Virus record (IMG/VR): IMGVR_UViG_3300042695_001232 | From: an uncultured virus (IMG/VR IMGVR_UViG_3300042695_001232) | Lineage: Duplodnaviria; Heunggongvirae; Uroviricota; Caudoviricetes | Reading direction: 5' to 3' (one strand) | DNA length: 64,000 nucleotides | Part shown: positions 38,238 to 48,469 of the stretch, piece by piece | How positions within the stretch are numbered: the first letter of the stretch is position 1 | How the letters are laid out: every line of letters begins with the position of its first letter | Made by a program: the position numbers and the translations under genes | Notes under the pieces: model-generated | What the model was told of the DNA's origin: nothing | Seen by the model: the letters and a program-made list of their open reading frames with translations, nothing else | Database searches by the model: none

Positions 38238-39578
38238 TTAAATAGTTACAGTTTGCATGTCATGATAATTCTGTCCAAAATAACACTTGGTGGGAAATCC
38301 TTGATTTTGCATTAATCTTGTAATTTCCATCAACACCGTTGTTCCTTCAAACTTATTTACGTCAAACAAAATTGAATCATACGTATACAGAACCGGTTTT
38401 GTCAGTTTGTCTGTTAAATATCGATTGATATCCATCAAACTTTGAACTGAAAACTCAGTTTCAGACGCTTGTAGAATGTAATTAAACAATTTATTTGGAT
38501 TTGCGTCTTTCAAGTGATTCTTGGTAATCGGTCTCTTGAAAATTGGCGTTTCAATGTACCCAAATTCATTAAAAAATTCCCATCGATGTTGAATATATTC
38601 ACGAATCTTCGCAAAATAAGGAATTTTAACATATTCTTCTGAAATGGACCCATATAATTGTTGAAACGTTAACGTTTTCGACTTCTTCAACTGATCTTCG
38701 GAAAGATCTTCAGTTTTGAAATAATATTGACCCAAATAACGATAAATATTTACTCCTTCCGGAAAATTGTATCGAATCAACTTTCCAATGATATGTGGAT
38801 GATACGCACTATAGTCCAACATCACCAATAATCCATCATTGCCGTGTCGCGATACAAAACTTTTACGACATTCATTGTCTTTATTGAGTGCCGAATAGTT
38901 GATACCTCCAAATCGATTACTTGGCCGTCCAGTTGATGTAAAAATATTATACTCGGTATATACTTTATTATTTATAACCAAGTGTTTCCTTTCTGGAAAG
39001 TGTTTCTCAAATTGTTCCGAATCAATTTGCAATCCGTGTGATTCAATTGATTGAAGAGTTTCAATAATTGCACTATTTACAACATGGTATGAATCGTCAT
39101 ATTTCTTTTTGACATAAACTTTAACGTCTTCACACATATCCAGAAACCGTGATATGTGATTGTTGGCTGGAATAATTTTATTTATCTCATTGTGGTTTTG
39201 ATATTTGTTTTTAAAAAACAAATGTGATGACGTGTCATAGTCATCCTGTTCAATAGTGTCACCTTGTTCAATAAAACAAACCAGAGATAAATCCAAAAGA
39301 TTATTGACGTTTAGTTGATGCAAAACCTTTCGTTTTGAAAAACAAAAAATACGTCCACGACGTTTATTCAAAAATTGTTCAATTTCACTTTTTTTGTAAC
39401 ATGTAAAGTCATCATAACTGTCGATATGAAGACAGTAAAATTGATCAGTGAGTACTATCTTAATCAGAACCAAACACGGTTGTGTAACCGTAGGATGCGT
39501 AGATTCCGATAACGGAATAACATCCATAATAATATCTTTTTTTCCTATTTCAGATGAAATTTTTGTCAATTGGTTCAC
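38238..39578 (-). CDS. short, divergent family A DNA polymerase-like protein
   Basis: TSTGRPS, motif A LDYSAYHP, motif B KTLTFQQLYG, NYILQASE, motif C LYTYDSILF. Confidence 0.8.
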   Translation of the reverse strand: MNQLTKISSEIGKKDIIMDVIPLSESTHPTVTQPCLVLIKIVLTDQFYCLHIDSYDDFTCYKKSEIEQFLNKRRGRIFCFSKRKVLHQLNVNNLLDLSLVCFIEQGDTIEQDDYDTSSHLFFKNKYQNHNEINKIIPANNHISRFLDMCEDVKVYVKKKYDDSYHVVNSAIIETLQSIESHGLQIDSEQFEKHFPERKHLVINNKVYTEYNIFTSTGRPSNRFGGINYSALNKDNECRKSFVSRHGNDGLLVMLDYSAYHPHIIGKLIRYNFPEGVNIYRYLGQYYFKTEDLSEDQLKKSKTLTFQQLYGSISEEYVKIPYFAKIREYIQHRWEFFNEFGYIETPIFKRPITKNHLKDANPNKLFNYILQASETEFSVQSLMDINRYLTDKLTKPVLYTYDSILFDVNKFEGTTVLMEITRLMQNQGFPTKCYFGQNYHDMQTVTI

Positions 39579-39586
39579 TTGACAAT

Positions 39587-39615
39587 AACATATCGTGATC
39601 TTTTCAAAAAGTCAA
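39587..39615 (-). promoter_or_regulatory. sigma70-like promoter TTGACT-N17-TATGTT
   Basis: GTG start 8 nt after the -10; the -35 overlaps the upstream TGA. Confidence 0.6.
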
Positions 39616-39989
39616 CTTTTAAATCCTGCCAAGTATTTTTCACTAATTCTCATTGTTAACCCCGGCATGTATTTTTCTGCCAACTTAACTTGTTTACGAT
39701 TATACTCGTAAGCGCCTTCTTGTATCACCTTGCCATCATTAATGACACTACGTTGAATTCCTGAAACTTGCCAGTTGATACTCACTTTTTGATAGATATT
39801 ATCTGGTACATTTTTAAAATTGTCACCCTCAACCTCAATAACATCGTTATCGTTGACCTTTTTTACAAAATAACGACGAGTGTATGGAATGCTATAATCA
39901 ATGTCAGAAGATGAAAACAAATATGCACGTGGAAATACTGGAGGTATTACGTTGCCTGCCAAATTAATATATTTACTTAGTTCAATCAT
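39612..39989 (-). CDS. hypothetical protein at the end of the baseplate operon
   Basis: 125 aa; RYFVKKVND..VIEV; coupled to the upstream gene. Confidence 0.65.
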   Translation of the reverse strand: MIELSKYINLAGNVIPPVFPRAYLFSSSDIDYSIPYTRRYFVKKVNDNDVIEVEGDNFKNVPDNIYQKVSINWQVSGIQRSVINDGKVIQEGAYEYNRKQVKLAEKYMPGLTMRISEKYLAGFKS

Positions 39990-42439
39990 GATTTAACGTT
40001 TAATCCTTTTGTAGGACGTATACCAGCAGTAATAGTAGTAGTCCATTGACCATTACTTTGTAAACTATGTTTTACATCTTCTATCTGAAACAATATGTCT
40101 TTATCGTATGGTTCTGGCAAATTGTCAATTCCAAAAATTTGAAATGTTTTTAGTCCCCCAATTCCTGTCACCGTAATTTCCGCTTTTATTCCCGGTTGTG
40201 GAAACGAATTGATCGAACCATTATACGGATCTTTATCATTAACCAATAAAGTCAATAAGTCTTTTTGAGTCAGTACCAACTTACGAATATAAGTCTTTTC
40301 TTCACCATTTTCACGGGTAACAACACCATAAATGTACGCACCATCCTTTACATCACGTTCCTTTTTAATAGCATCTTGACGTTTTTCATCCAACCGTTTA
40401 CGTTCCAATTCAAGATTTTGTTTATCTTTAATTAAAGTTTGTTGATCTTTCGGAGACAAATACGATGCGTCGTTTATAGTCTTATAGAATCTATCTCTTA
40501 TTACAAATCTAAACGGATTCTTCAAAGGAACAGATGTTTTATTATCATTTGGTGAATTAAACATGACCGAAGTAGCAACCTTATCACTTAATTTAACACT
40601 AAAATTCAATGCCTGAATATTGTTTCTACTGGCTCTATTTTTGAAGAAATACAAATACGGCCGCTTATCCGAATTCAATTCTTGTAAACGTTTCAAACTA
40701 AAACAATCGGTATCAATAATGGATAACAAAGAATTAGAAGGTCCAAATTGAATAAGGTTAAACTTCCAAAGGCCGTTGACAGATTCGGAAATCTTATTCA
40801 GAACGAAGTTCAATATGTCGGTAATCGTTTCTGATTTTTCAACCGCTTTTATAACGACATCTTTATGAATATACAAGTTCTCCAACTTGCCCAAATTATA
40901 ATCATATTGTTTTGATGGAAATTCAACATCAGCAGGATTTTTGCCACCGTTCTTTATTCTAAAATAGTTAACAATTTCATTGAGATCTTGTCTTGTTGTA
41001 CTATTGAATATCGACTGTAGAGTTTTATCCGCCTCGCTAATTGCAGATGGATCCTTACCGTCCTTTTGCGTGTCAGGTGTTGTATAGTTTTTTGAGTTTC
41101 CACGATCTTCAACAGATGGTGAAATATTAGGTGCCTGAGAATTTGGTATCAACAATACCTTACCATCAATACTTATTAGATTTTTATGTCCGCCAATCCA
41201 CGATGATTTGATGTCAACTTGATTAAATGTAGCGCCAGTTTTCTGTGACTCTGCTGTGCAGAACTTGTTAATCAAGTCTACAAATAAACCCATAGTAATC
41301 CAAAACTCATCGTTTGCACCAGAGTCAAAACTGTATTTTGTTACATTATCAATTTTTGTACGTGGATCATTAGAAGTATCCAAGTTACGTGGAATAAATA
41401 CACGGGTTTCTGGTCCCGGCCATCCCGTAATAGGGAATAGTGGAGTATTACCATTCAAACCGGTTAATACGGTCTTTGGTAACGATTTAAAGTCATTCTG
41501 GATGTATTCTTTGAGAGTCTTAACCGGTTCTGGCTTTTTGTTTCCTTTACTATCAGCCGGTGACGTTGATGCCATAGCGTTACTACGAGTTTGAACGCCA
41601 CTATATATGAAGCTATTGCTCTTTACCTCCGTGGTACAGTCGTATGAACCATCTGGTTGTAAAGAATAATCAAAATTACTTATAATACCACAAGTTAAAT
41701 CATACAGACCTTTACCGTCTTCAACAATCAATTGTTGTTCCAATGGATCGGTGTAAATTCCCAATAAACCAAATCCTTTAGTCTTTCTGGGATCTTCAGG
41801 ATCTCCAGATGGTCCGGGTGTTTTATCGTCAACAGACTCCTTCATTTTTGCTGGTTGACCAATATCGGTTAAGTTTAACAAACACTTGGGATTATAATGA
41901 TTCCAACCCCATTCAATAAACATTGAAACGCCAGGGGACATAAAGTACGGCGTCATGTAATTCAAATGATCTTTAGAATAACACTTCCACTTGATAGTAA
42001 TCTGACGATACATCGACTTTTGCATTATAGCATCGATGCTGATAATACCCGGTGGTGGAACATGTTTATTTATAATTCCATTTTGATTGTTTTCACCGAC
42101 AATACTATGTTCAACTCCAGACGGAGTAAATCCCAATACAGTTTCAGTTTTGTTGTAAGTTGTTGGATCAAATCCGTAGTCTTTATAAAAACCATTTGCA
42201 CCACCCATTACAAAACCTTCTTTGGAACCATATTTTTCTTCACCAATACCATTGGAACATACACGAACCCAACAACGCATTGGTCCTTTGTATGTATTCC
42301 AGTTACCGTCATCATCCCAACTAGCAATAGTGTTGGAAATAAAGTTCATTCCAATATCTTTTTCACGACGTTCTAGTTCGTCACGAATGTATTTTGGAAA
42401 CGGTTGAATTTCAAATGGCGCTACGAATCGAGTAGACAT
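39986..42439 (-). CDS. baseplate hub-like protein
   Basis: PPPGIISI, MSPGVSMFIEWGW, G.ISNFDYS..PDGSYDCT, C-terminal GIGG...FQIEDVKHSL..WTTTI; position after the LysM gene. Confidence 0.6.
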   Translation of the reverse strand: MSTRFVAPFEIQPFPKYIRDELERREKDIGMNFISNTIASWDDDGNWNTYKGPMRCWVRVCSNGIGEEKYGSKEGFVMGGANGFYKDYGFDPTTYNKTETVLGFTPSGVEHSIVGENNQNGIINKHVPPPGIISIDAIMQKSMYRQITIKWKCYSKDHLNYMTPYFMSPGVSMFIEWGWNHYNPKCLLNLTDIGQPAKMKESVDDKTPGPSGDPEDPRKTKGFGLLGIYTDPLEQQLIVEDGKGLYDLTCGIISNFDYSLQPDGSYDCTTEVKSNSFIYSGVQTRSNAMASTSPADSKGNKKPEPVKTLKEYIQNDFKSLPKTVLTGLNGNTPLFPITGWPGPETRVFIPRNLDTSNDPRTKIDNVTKYSFDSGANDEFWITMGLFVDLINKFCTAESQKTGATFNQVDIKSSWIGGHKNLISIDGKVLLIPNSQAPNISPSVEDRGNSKNYTTPDTQKDGKDPSAISEADKTLQSIFNSTTRQDLNEIVNYFRIKNGGKNPADVEFPSKQYDYNLGKLENLYIHKDVVIKAVEKSETITDILNFVLNKISESVNGLWKFNLIQFGPSNSLLSIIDTDCFSLKRLQELNSDKRPYLYFFKNRASRNNIQALNFSVKLSDKVATSVMFNSPNDNKTSVPLKNPFRFVIRDRFYKTINDASYLSPKDQQTLIKDKQNLELERKRLDEKRQDAIKKERDVKDGAYIYGVVTRENGEEKTYIRKLVLTQKDLLTLLVNDKDPYNGSINSFPQPGIKAEITVTGIGGLKTFQIFGIDNLPEPYDKDILFQIEDVKHSLQSNGQWTTTITAGIRPTKGLNVKS

Positions 42440-42444
42440 AACTG

Positions 42445-42741
42445 TTATGAATTAAGAACGGTATAATTATTTAAAATTGTAGTCACGTTTATAGGTATAC
42501 GTAGTTGTAATCCAGCAGGCACCGACAATTTTCCTTTTCCAATATTATTTGCTTGAGCAATAATCCACCACAATGAAGGATTCTTATAATATTTGAACGC
42601 TAAATTATCCAACGTGTCACTTTCGTTTGTTACAACATACATATCAGATGAAGTGACTGGAATATTTGGATACAATCGTGTACCAAAATATCTTTTACCA
42701 TCCCATCTTTTCTTTATGTTGACACTTTTGTCATATCTCAT
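42445..42741 (-). CDS. LysM/tail-X-like baseplate protein
   Basis: DTLDNLAFKYYKNPSLWWIIAQANN...GLQLRIP. Confidence 0.85.
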   Translation of the reverse strand: MRYDKSVNIKKRWDGKRYFGTRLYPNIPVTSSDMYVVTNESDTLDNLAFKYYKNPSLWWIIAQANNIGKGKLSVPAGLQLRIPINVTTILNNYTVLNS

Positions 42742-42751
42742 ATATCAATAA

Positions 42752-45376
42752 TTATACACGATTAACCGTTAAGGCTTCTGAAAACTCATTATTAAATCCT
42801 CCAACCAATCCAATGTTCTTAAGATCTCTTGGAGCATGTCCAAAGTTTGCCATTCCAGTGACAGGTCGTTCTTTGAACAATGGTGTCAAATCAACTGATA
42901 TTTCAACTTCTCTTGGAAATTGAGCAACTTTTCCTTTTGAACCAGTCCATGTAATAATGTTATTCAAATATGACCAATCTTGTTCCGAGTTTTCACTCAC
43001 AGTTTCCCACGACGCACCTTCTGGTATGGTAAGTCCTACACGATTAATTATAATGGGTTGTTCTTTATACATATCACCTAACGTCAACAAAACAAATGAT
43101 GGAATCATAAACTGATTCTCACTGCCATCTTGTTGACTTGGTGCAGATGTGTAATTAGCAGGTAATGTTAATCCACACAAATAATTAATACGTTTCCACA
43201 TTGGAAGCAATTCTTTAATGCTATTAGCAATTACCTTGAAACTAAAACTTAATTGACGAGTAACACCATCGTACACATATAGTTTGTCAGCACGACCAAT
43301 ATATTTGTAATTTGCCCAGTCTGCTTGAAAACTATCATTGATTCCGGTTACACTTGCTCGAAATGGTATATGTTTTTCATTTACCATGTCATAAAAGTAG
43401 AAAGCAATCAAATCATCATTATATGGTTCGTATACATTCCACCCAGATATATCTGTTTCATCAATAATCCTACGTTGTTTATCCAAAATAGTCAACTTAT
43501 TGAGATCATCACCTTTGTAAGTCCCAGACATTTTACGACTGTTCTTACGTGAATTATTAAGACCGTCTAATAATTGGGTACTTTCTTTATAATTGTCTGA
43601 ATATTTTTTATCGGTGATGTTTGTTTGTTTTAACTTCTCTATACCATATACAGTCGAGTCGGGGCTAGACATAACTCTAGTATCAACATTTGAAAATGAC
43701 ACCGAATATCCCGCGTTTTTGATTTTTGTGACCAATTCTTTAAGATTATCAACACGTTTTGCATTAATTGGATCTTCTTTCTTGGTTTGAAGCGTTGCAT
43801 TGATTCGATCTGGCAAATCAGTGACTTCGGAAGGTACATTTTGAAGTTTATTGTCCTCCATGTTCTTCAAAAACTCGGAAAGATTACCATTTCCACCAGC
43901 ATCTTTACGATTTTTCGAATATGTTCCATCAACTAAGTATGCTGATCGATTTTCGTCACCACTTCCTTGACGTGTTGGTATATTTGGCATCGTTTTGATG
44001 ACAAAAACCTGAGGAATCGTGTCGAATCCGTATTTTTTGAAGAAATTTTTCTGTGATAGTATGATAGTTGGTTCATCCGCATTGGTTAAGTCCAACGGAG
44101 GACCATCCATTTTGGTTGGAAAACGGTTTGTCTTGTCGATAAACTTTTTATAGTTCATCAACATCACAGAAAACTTGAAATTATTTGAACTGTCTTTACG
44201 ATATGGCTCTATACCAACTGATTTTCCGTATTTTTCAACATTATCTACATCTTTTTCAAACTTAAATCCAGTCGTTCCACCGTTTATTGTTGGACCACTT
44301 ATGTCGGTACCTGAAATTTTTTGTTCTGTACCGTCCACAAACACAATTTTACGATTTTGTGGCACTTCATTGCCATTTTTTCTAATATTCTTTTCTCCAC
44401 CATCGCTGCTTCCAGCGATCCATAATTGGTTTAATGGTATTTCTACATTGGTAATGACATTTCGTTTGGTAAACTTACCTTTGATATCCGAAATCATCAT
44501 TCCATATGCACCTTCATCCGCTCTATATCCTGTTTTTGACGGTTGATTTGTTTTAATTAATGAAGGAAATACAGATGAAACTATGGATTTTAGAAAACTG
44601 TTCTTATTTGCATTACCTCCCCAACGTGAAGCTAAAGAATTATATCCAGATGATGCGGTTTTTGCTCTCAAAAGACCTTTGCCACCGCCGATTGATTGTT
44701 TTGATAAAGGAGAGTTATCAGATTCATCTGGCTTTCCGCTTCCTACAGTACCCTTTGGTGACGATGTACCGTTATTTACACTAAAGCCTACAACACTTGC
44801 TAATGCACCTAAAATACCGCCACTCAAATCAATGTGTCTTGTTGGTCTTGGAAGTAACCCAAGCGATCCTGGCCGTAATGCAGCGACAATAGGCACGGCT
44901 GGATTGTATAACGCCGTTTCATTGAATGGTTGTAAATTTTGAATTAGTGCTTGTTTCAATAAAAACGTGACACCATTTCCAGATACAGTATATTTGGAGA
45001 TACGAACCACATCTTGTAATGTAGATCCAATTGGAAATGCACGACTGTCATATTTCTTAATTGCATTGGTTCCACCATTACCTTCATTTGGGTTATACCA
45101 AAGAAAGGGTTGACGTGGACCGAACTTCAACAAACTATTAGCATAATCAGTTTTTGCACTGAATCTTGTTAAAATTTGTTTATTGTTAGCAATATACAGT
45201 TTCTCAATTTTACCGGGAGCAGCACCAAGTGGATAATCTTTAGGTATCGTATTAATTGGTGGTACCATTCTACGACTATCTCTTGGTTCACTACCAGGCG
45301 TTGGTGAACTAGATGCGTTGTTATAACGAGTTTCTAGTGGAAACGCAATTGAGTTTCTTTGAATTTGATCAGCCAT
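42752..45376 (-). CDS. tail tube initiator/baseplate protein with large N-terminal region
   Basis: C-terminal FRASVTGINDS..ADW..YIGR..YVYDG..RQLSFSF, LTLGDMY; follows the tape measure gene. Confidence 0.6.
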   Translation of the reverse strand: MADQIQRNSIAFPLETRYNNASSSPTPGSEPRDSRRMVPPINTIPKDYPLGAAPGKIEKLYIANNKQILTRFSAKTDYANSLLKFGPRQPFLWYNPNEGNGGTNAIKKYDSRAFPIGSTLQDVVRISKYTVSGNGVTFLLKQALIQNLQPFNETALYNPAVPIVAALRPGSLGLLPRPTRHIDLSGGILGALASVVGFSVNNGTSSPKGTVGSGKPDESDNSPLSKQSIGGGKGLLRAKTASSGYNSLASRWGGNANKNSFLKSIVSSVFPSLIKTNQPSKTGYRADEGAYGMMISDIKGKFTKRNVITNVEIPLNQLWIAGSSDGGEKNIRKNGNEVPQNRKIVFVDGTEQKISGTDISGPTINGGTTGFKFEKDVDNVEKYGKSVGIEPYRKDSSNNFKFSVMLMNYKKFIDKTNRFPTKMDGPPLDLTNADEPTIILSQKNFFKKYGFDTIPQVFVIKTMPNIPTRQGSGDENRSAYLVDGTYSKNRKDAGGNGNLSEFLKNMEDNKLQNVPSEVTDLPDRINATLQTKKEDPINAKRVDNLKELVTKIKNAGYSVSFSNVDTRVMSSPDSTVYGIEKLKQTNITDKKYSDNYKESTQLLDGLNNSRKNSRKMSGTYKGDDLNKLTILDKQRRIIDETDISGWNVYEPYNDDLIAFYFYDMVNEKHIPFRASVTGINDSFQADWANYKYIGRADKLYVYDGVTRQLSFSFKVIANSIKELLPMWKRINYLCGLTLPANYTSAPSQQDGSENQFMIPSFVLLTLGDMYKEQPIIINRVGLTIPEGASWETVSENSEQDWSYLNNIITWTGSKGKVAQFPREVEISVDLTPLFKERPVTGMANFGHAPRDLKNIGLVGGFNNEFSEALTVNRV

Positions 45377-45385
45377 ATTCTATAA

Positions 45386-48211
45386 TTATGAACTTGCAAT
45401 AGCAAGTTGTTCACTTACTTTTCTACCATCAAGATTTACAGCAATACCACCGTTCATCATTAAACTGATAAGAGTATCAAGTTTTTGATTGGTTTGTTCT
45501 ATTGCAGCAATCGTATCAGATTGTGACGTGTTACCCGCTTCAACACCCCCACCGATTCCTCCAGTATCAACTCCTATTAGTTTGCCTACAATCTTGAATG
45601 GCACACTCAATACGTTTTGTACGAACGTTGCGATTGACGTAAATCCTGTCATAATCATTTGAAATATAAATTCAAAGGGAGACGTAAAGATTTTCAATAT
45701 TGCAGTTCCAACGCCAATCAATCCTTTGATAATTCCATTACCCAGTGTGGAATTACTTCTACCAACAAACAAATTTGATATAAAATCCCAAGCATCGACC
45801 CATGGTTGAATGAATACTTTATACAACACGGATCCAAATGATTTAAGTATAGAAACTACGTTTTCAAACATAGAAGGAAACATACCAAATAAACTTTTAA
45901 TTGATGATTTAATAATTGGAAATACTGCAAGTAAGGGTTTAAATAAATCACCGATAATCGGAATCTTAGTTAAAAGTTCTACTAACATCTCAAATGGTCC
46001 AACAAAGACATCGTATAGTGTTTCACCCAACGCATCGAATATTCCCATTCCTTTACTGATACGACTAAATAATCCCCAAACAGCTTGTAGTACAGTGATA
46101 ACCGTTCCAACAATCGGTATAGCTTTTCCAGCAGTTCCCAAAAGACCAACGATACGACCAACATTTCCAAATCCGGATGCAAACTTTCCAACCACTCCAC
46201 CTGCACTTCCAAACGCACTAATTATTCCACTTATCGGACTTAATAAGCGACTTGCTCCCGAATTAATCATTGAAAATATTCTACCAATTCCTTTAAATAC
46301 CAACTCAATTGGATTTAGAAATGTTTTGAACATAGCACCAAACAACATTATCGCAGAATTAATTTTTAAGAACACTACCCCAAAATCAATTCCCTTTTGT
46401 ACAATTTCCTCGATAAATTTATTTGCACCATCTAACGAGTCACTAAATGATTGAACCAACGGTTCAATTGGTTCCCACATTTTATACAATGCATTAGCAA
46501 GAACCTTTATTGGTACTAACAATAAGTTGAAAACCACCAAAGCGATTTTCAATGCTGGAATCAATAACTTGACAGCAACATTTACAACCGGTGTCAAAAT
46601 ATCAGCAAGTATCTGTTTGAAAGATTTGAACGTATTACTCAATTGTGCCATAGCACTTTGCATTTGAGTCTTCATCAACAGGTCTTTTCCTGTTTCTTCA
46701 TTCTGTTCTTTCATTGCTTCAAGTGCTTTTTCATATGAAGCCTTTTCCTTGTCAGACAACTGTGCAAGTTTCTCTTCGTTCTTCAACATCTTGGTCAACT
46801 CAACTGCACTATATCCAGTTGCCTTAGCAAGTGCTTCTTGTTGGAAGACATTCATCTTATTGAAATCTCCCATCGAACGCACTTGATTCAATATTTCTTT
46901 TTGTGCACCAGCTACGTCTCCTTGGAATGATAGTTGACGTGCTGCATTGAGATTCAAGTTCTTACCCAATAATACACTAGCTTCCATTTCATCAGATACA
47001 CTCTGAGTAAAGTTCAATAGTCCTTTTGCAGAACTTGCAGACTTATCAAGACTTACACCCATTTGTTTTGCTTGAATTGCGGCCATGGTCATTTGTTTGA
47101 CATTGCCTCTCATCAAGGTAACCGTATCGTCAGATGCGTTTGCCACATCTCTCATCACTTCATCCAAATTAACTCCTGCTGCATTTGCAAGGTTAGCAGT
47201 AAACCCAGCCATTGCACTGGCTTGTTTATCTGTCATTCCTCCAATAGATGACATCTTTTGTAAGAATCCAGCAGCGTTACCTTCAGATACACCATAATTT
47301 GCAGCCAAAAGAGCAGTGGTTTGTGCAAGTTCTTTATTAATCAATAAAGCGGTTCCAAATTCTTTACCAATTGCTTTTAAAGAAGCGTATGCACCTTCAA
47401 TGGTTACGCCTAAACTTACAAATTGTTGATTTAATTGAAGTGCAGTTTGTTCCAATCCTCTTGCAATATCTCTTCCCAATCCAAGTTCTTTACGAAAATC
47501 AGCCGCTGCTTTATCCAACTCAACAAAACGATCAAAAGCGTCACCAAATGCTGCAATAAATTCTTTAATAACACCTGCAATTGCTTGTTGTTTTTTAAGA
47601 TATTCTTCGGCCTTTTCAATTTTCTTCTTTTGATCTTTTATTGCTTCATCATCTAATGACCCGCCTTCTTTTTGTTTAGTAACTTTTTCACCCTCTTTCT
47701 TAATTTGGTCTTCAAGTGATTTTATTTTACTATCATCACACTTTGTTACCTTATCACAAAAATCTTTTTCTTTCTTTAACTTCTCTTCCAAATTCTTTAC
47801 AGAATCTTCTCCGATTGCAATATCCTTTTGTCTTGCCTTCTCCAAATCCGCCAATATTGCTTTTTCTTTGTTTAATTCGTCGTTGACTTTCTTAAGTGGT
47901 TCATCAAACATTAATCCTGCAATTGCACTGAACGTTTTTAACAAATCTTCACCCGAATTTACGCCATTTTGCAAAAATCCTGAGAACGTTTCCGCCGGAT
48001 TATAAAAAGCTGTAGTTACTATATCAATATCTTTGTATAATTCTCTGGCTTGTTTTGATGCCATCTTTGCAGCAGCCGCAAGATGATCGTAAGCATTATT
48101 AAGAATTTTAACTTGATCAGAAGTCATTTGCGCGGTTTTAGCACCACGTCGAAAACTTTCGTTCAACTGGTCCTGAATCTTTCGTGCTTGATCTACAGTA
48201 TCATCTGCCAT
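45386..48211 (-). CDS. tape measure protein
   Basis: 941 aa, helical Ala/Gln-rich region, hydrophobic Gly-rich repeats, C-terminal VNLDGRKVS; position after tube and chaperone. Confidence 0.8.
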   Translation of the reverse strand: MADDTVDQARKIQDQLNESFRRGAKTAQMTSDQVKILNNAYDHLAAAAKMASKQARELYKDIDIVTTAFYNPAETFSGFLQNGVNSGEDLLKTFSAIAGLMFDEPLKKVNDELNKEKAILADLEKARQKDIAIGEDSVKNLEEKLKKEKDFCDKVTKCDDSKIKSLEDQIKKEGEKVTKQKEGGSLDDEAIKDQKKKIEKAEEYLKKQQAIAGVIKEFIAAFGDAFDRFVELDKAAADFRKELGLGRDIARGLEQTALQLNQQFVSLGVTIEGAYASLKAIGKEFGTALLINKELAQTTALLAANYGVSEGNAAGFLQKMSSIGGMTDKQASAMAGFTANLANAAGVNLDEVMRDVANASDDTVTLMRGNVKQMTMAAIQAKQMGVSLDKSASSAKGLLNFTQSVSDEMEASVLLGKNLNLNAARQLSFQGDVAGAQKEILNQVRSMGDFNKMNVFQQEALAKATGYSAVELTKMLKNEEKLAQLSDKEKASYEKALEAMKEQNEETGKDLLMKTQMQSAMAQLSNTFKSFKQILADILTPVVNVAVKLLIPALKIALVVFNLLLVPIKVLANALYKMWEPIEPLVQSFSDSLDGANKFIEEIVQKGIDFGVVFLKINSAIMLFGAMFKTFLNPIELVFKGIGRIFSMINSGASRLLSPISGIISAFGSAGGVVGKFASGFGNVGRIVGLLGTAGKAIPIVGTVITVLQAVWGLFSRISKGMGIFDALGETLYDVFVGPFEMLVELLTKIPIIGDLFKPLLAVFPIIKSSIKSLFGMFPSMFENVVSILKSFGSVLYKVFIQPWVDAWDFISNLFVGRSNSTLGNGIIKGLIGVGTAILKIFTSPFEFIFQMIMTGFTSIATFVQNVLSVPFKIVGKLIGVDTGGIGGGVEAGNTSQSDTIAAIEQTNQKLDTLISLMMNGGIAVNLDGRKVSEQLAIASS

Positions 48212-48271
48212 AAAAATCTATTGTACATTATAAATATAAAATTCATACAGTTATTGTTCGATTTTCTATGG

Positions 48272-48469
48272 TTATTTACCTTTAGGTTTTGATGCTTTTT
48301 CCATCTGTTCGTTTTCTTTTTTCCGAACTTCGGCCAATTTACGCAGGTAAAAGACACGCAAGTGTACAGGCAAATTGTACACTATTTCATGATTGAAAGC
48401 ACCCTCCGAATAATACGCCAAATCAAAGATTTGTGTATGTAACGATATCTTATCCTCCGGAGTCAGGCC
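48272..48469 (-). CDS. frameshift extension of the tail assembly chaperone (65 codons, no own ATG; not in ORF track)
   Basis: Hand translation of the +1 frame after T7: GLTPEDKISLHTQIFDLAYYSEGAFNHEIVYNLPVHLRVFYLRKLAEVRKKENEQMEKASKPKGK*. Confidence 0.7.
   Translation of the reverse strand, partial: GLTPEDKISLHTQIFDLAYYSEGAFNHEIVYNLPVHLRVFYLRKLAEVRKKENEQMEKASKPKGK

Noticed and set aside
22466..47656. Long + strand ORFs antisense to real genes (e.g. 22466-23155, 25330-26004, 29350-29946, 31232-31828, 45810-46454)
   Set aside because: Shadow ORFs opposite well-supported genes; no recognisable motifs.
48361..48383. Hairpin AGTGTACA-N7-TGTACACT as a frameshift stimulator
   Set aside because: About 85 nt downstream of the slippery run, too far for a typical stimulatory element.
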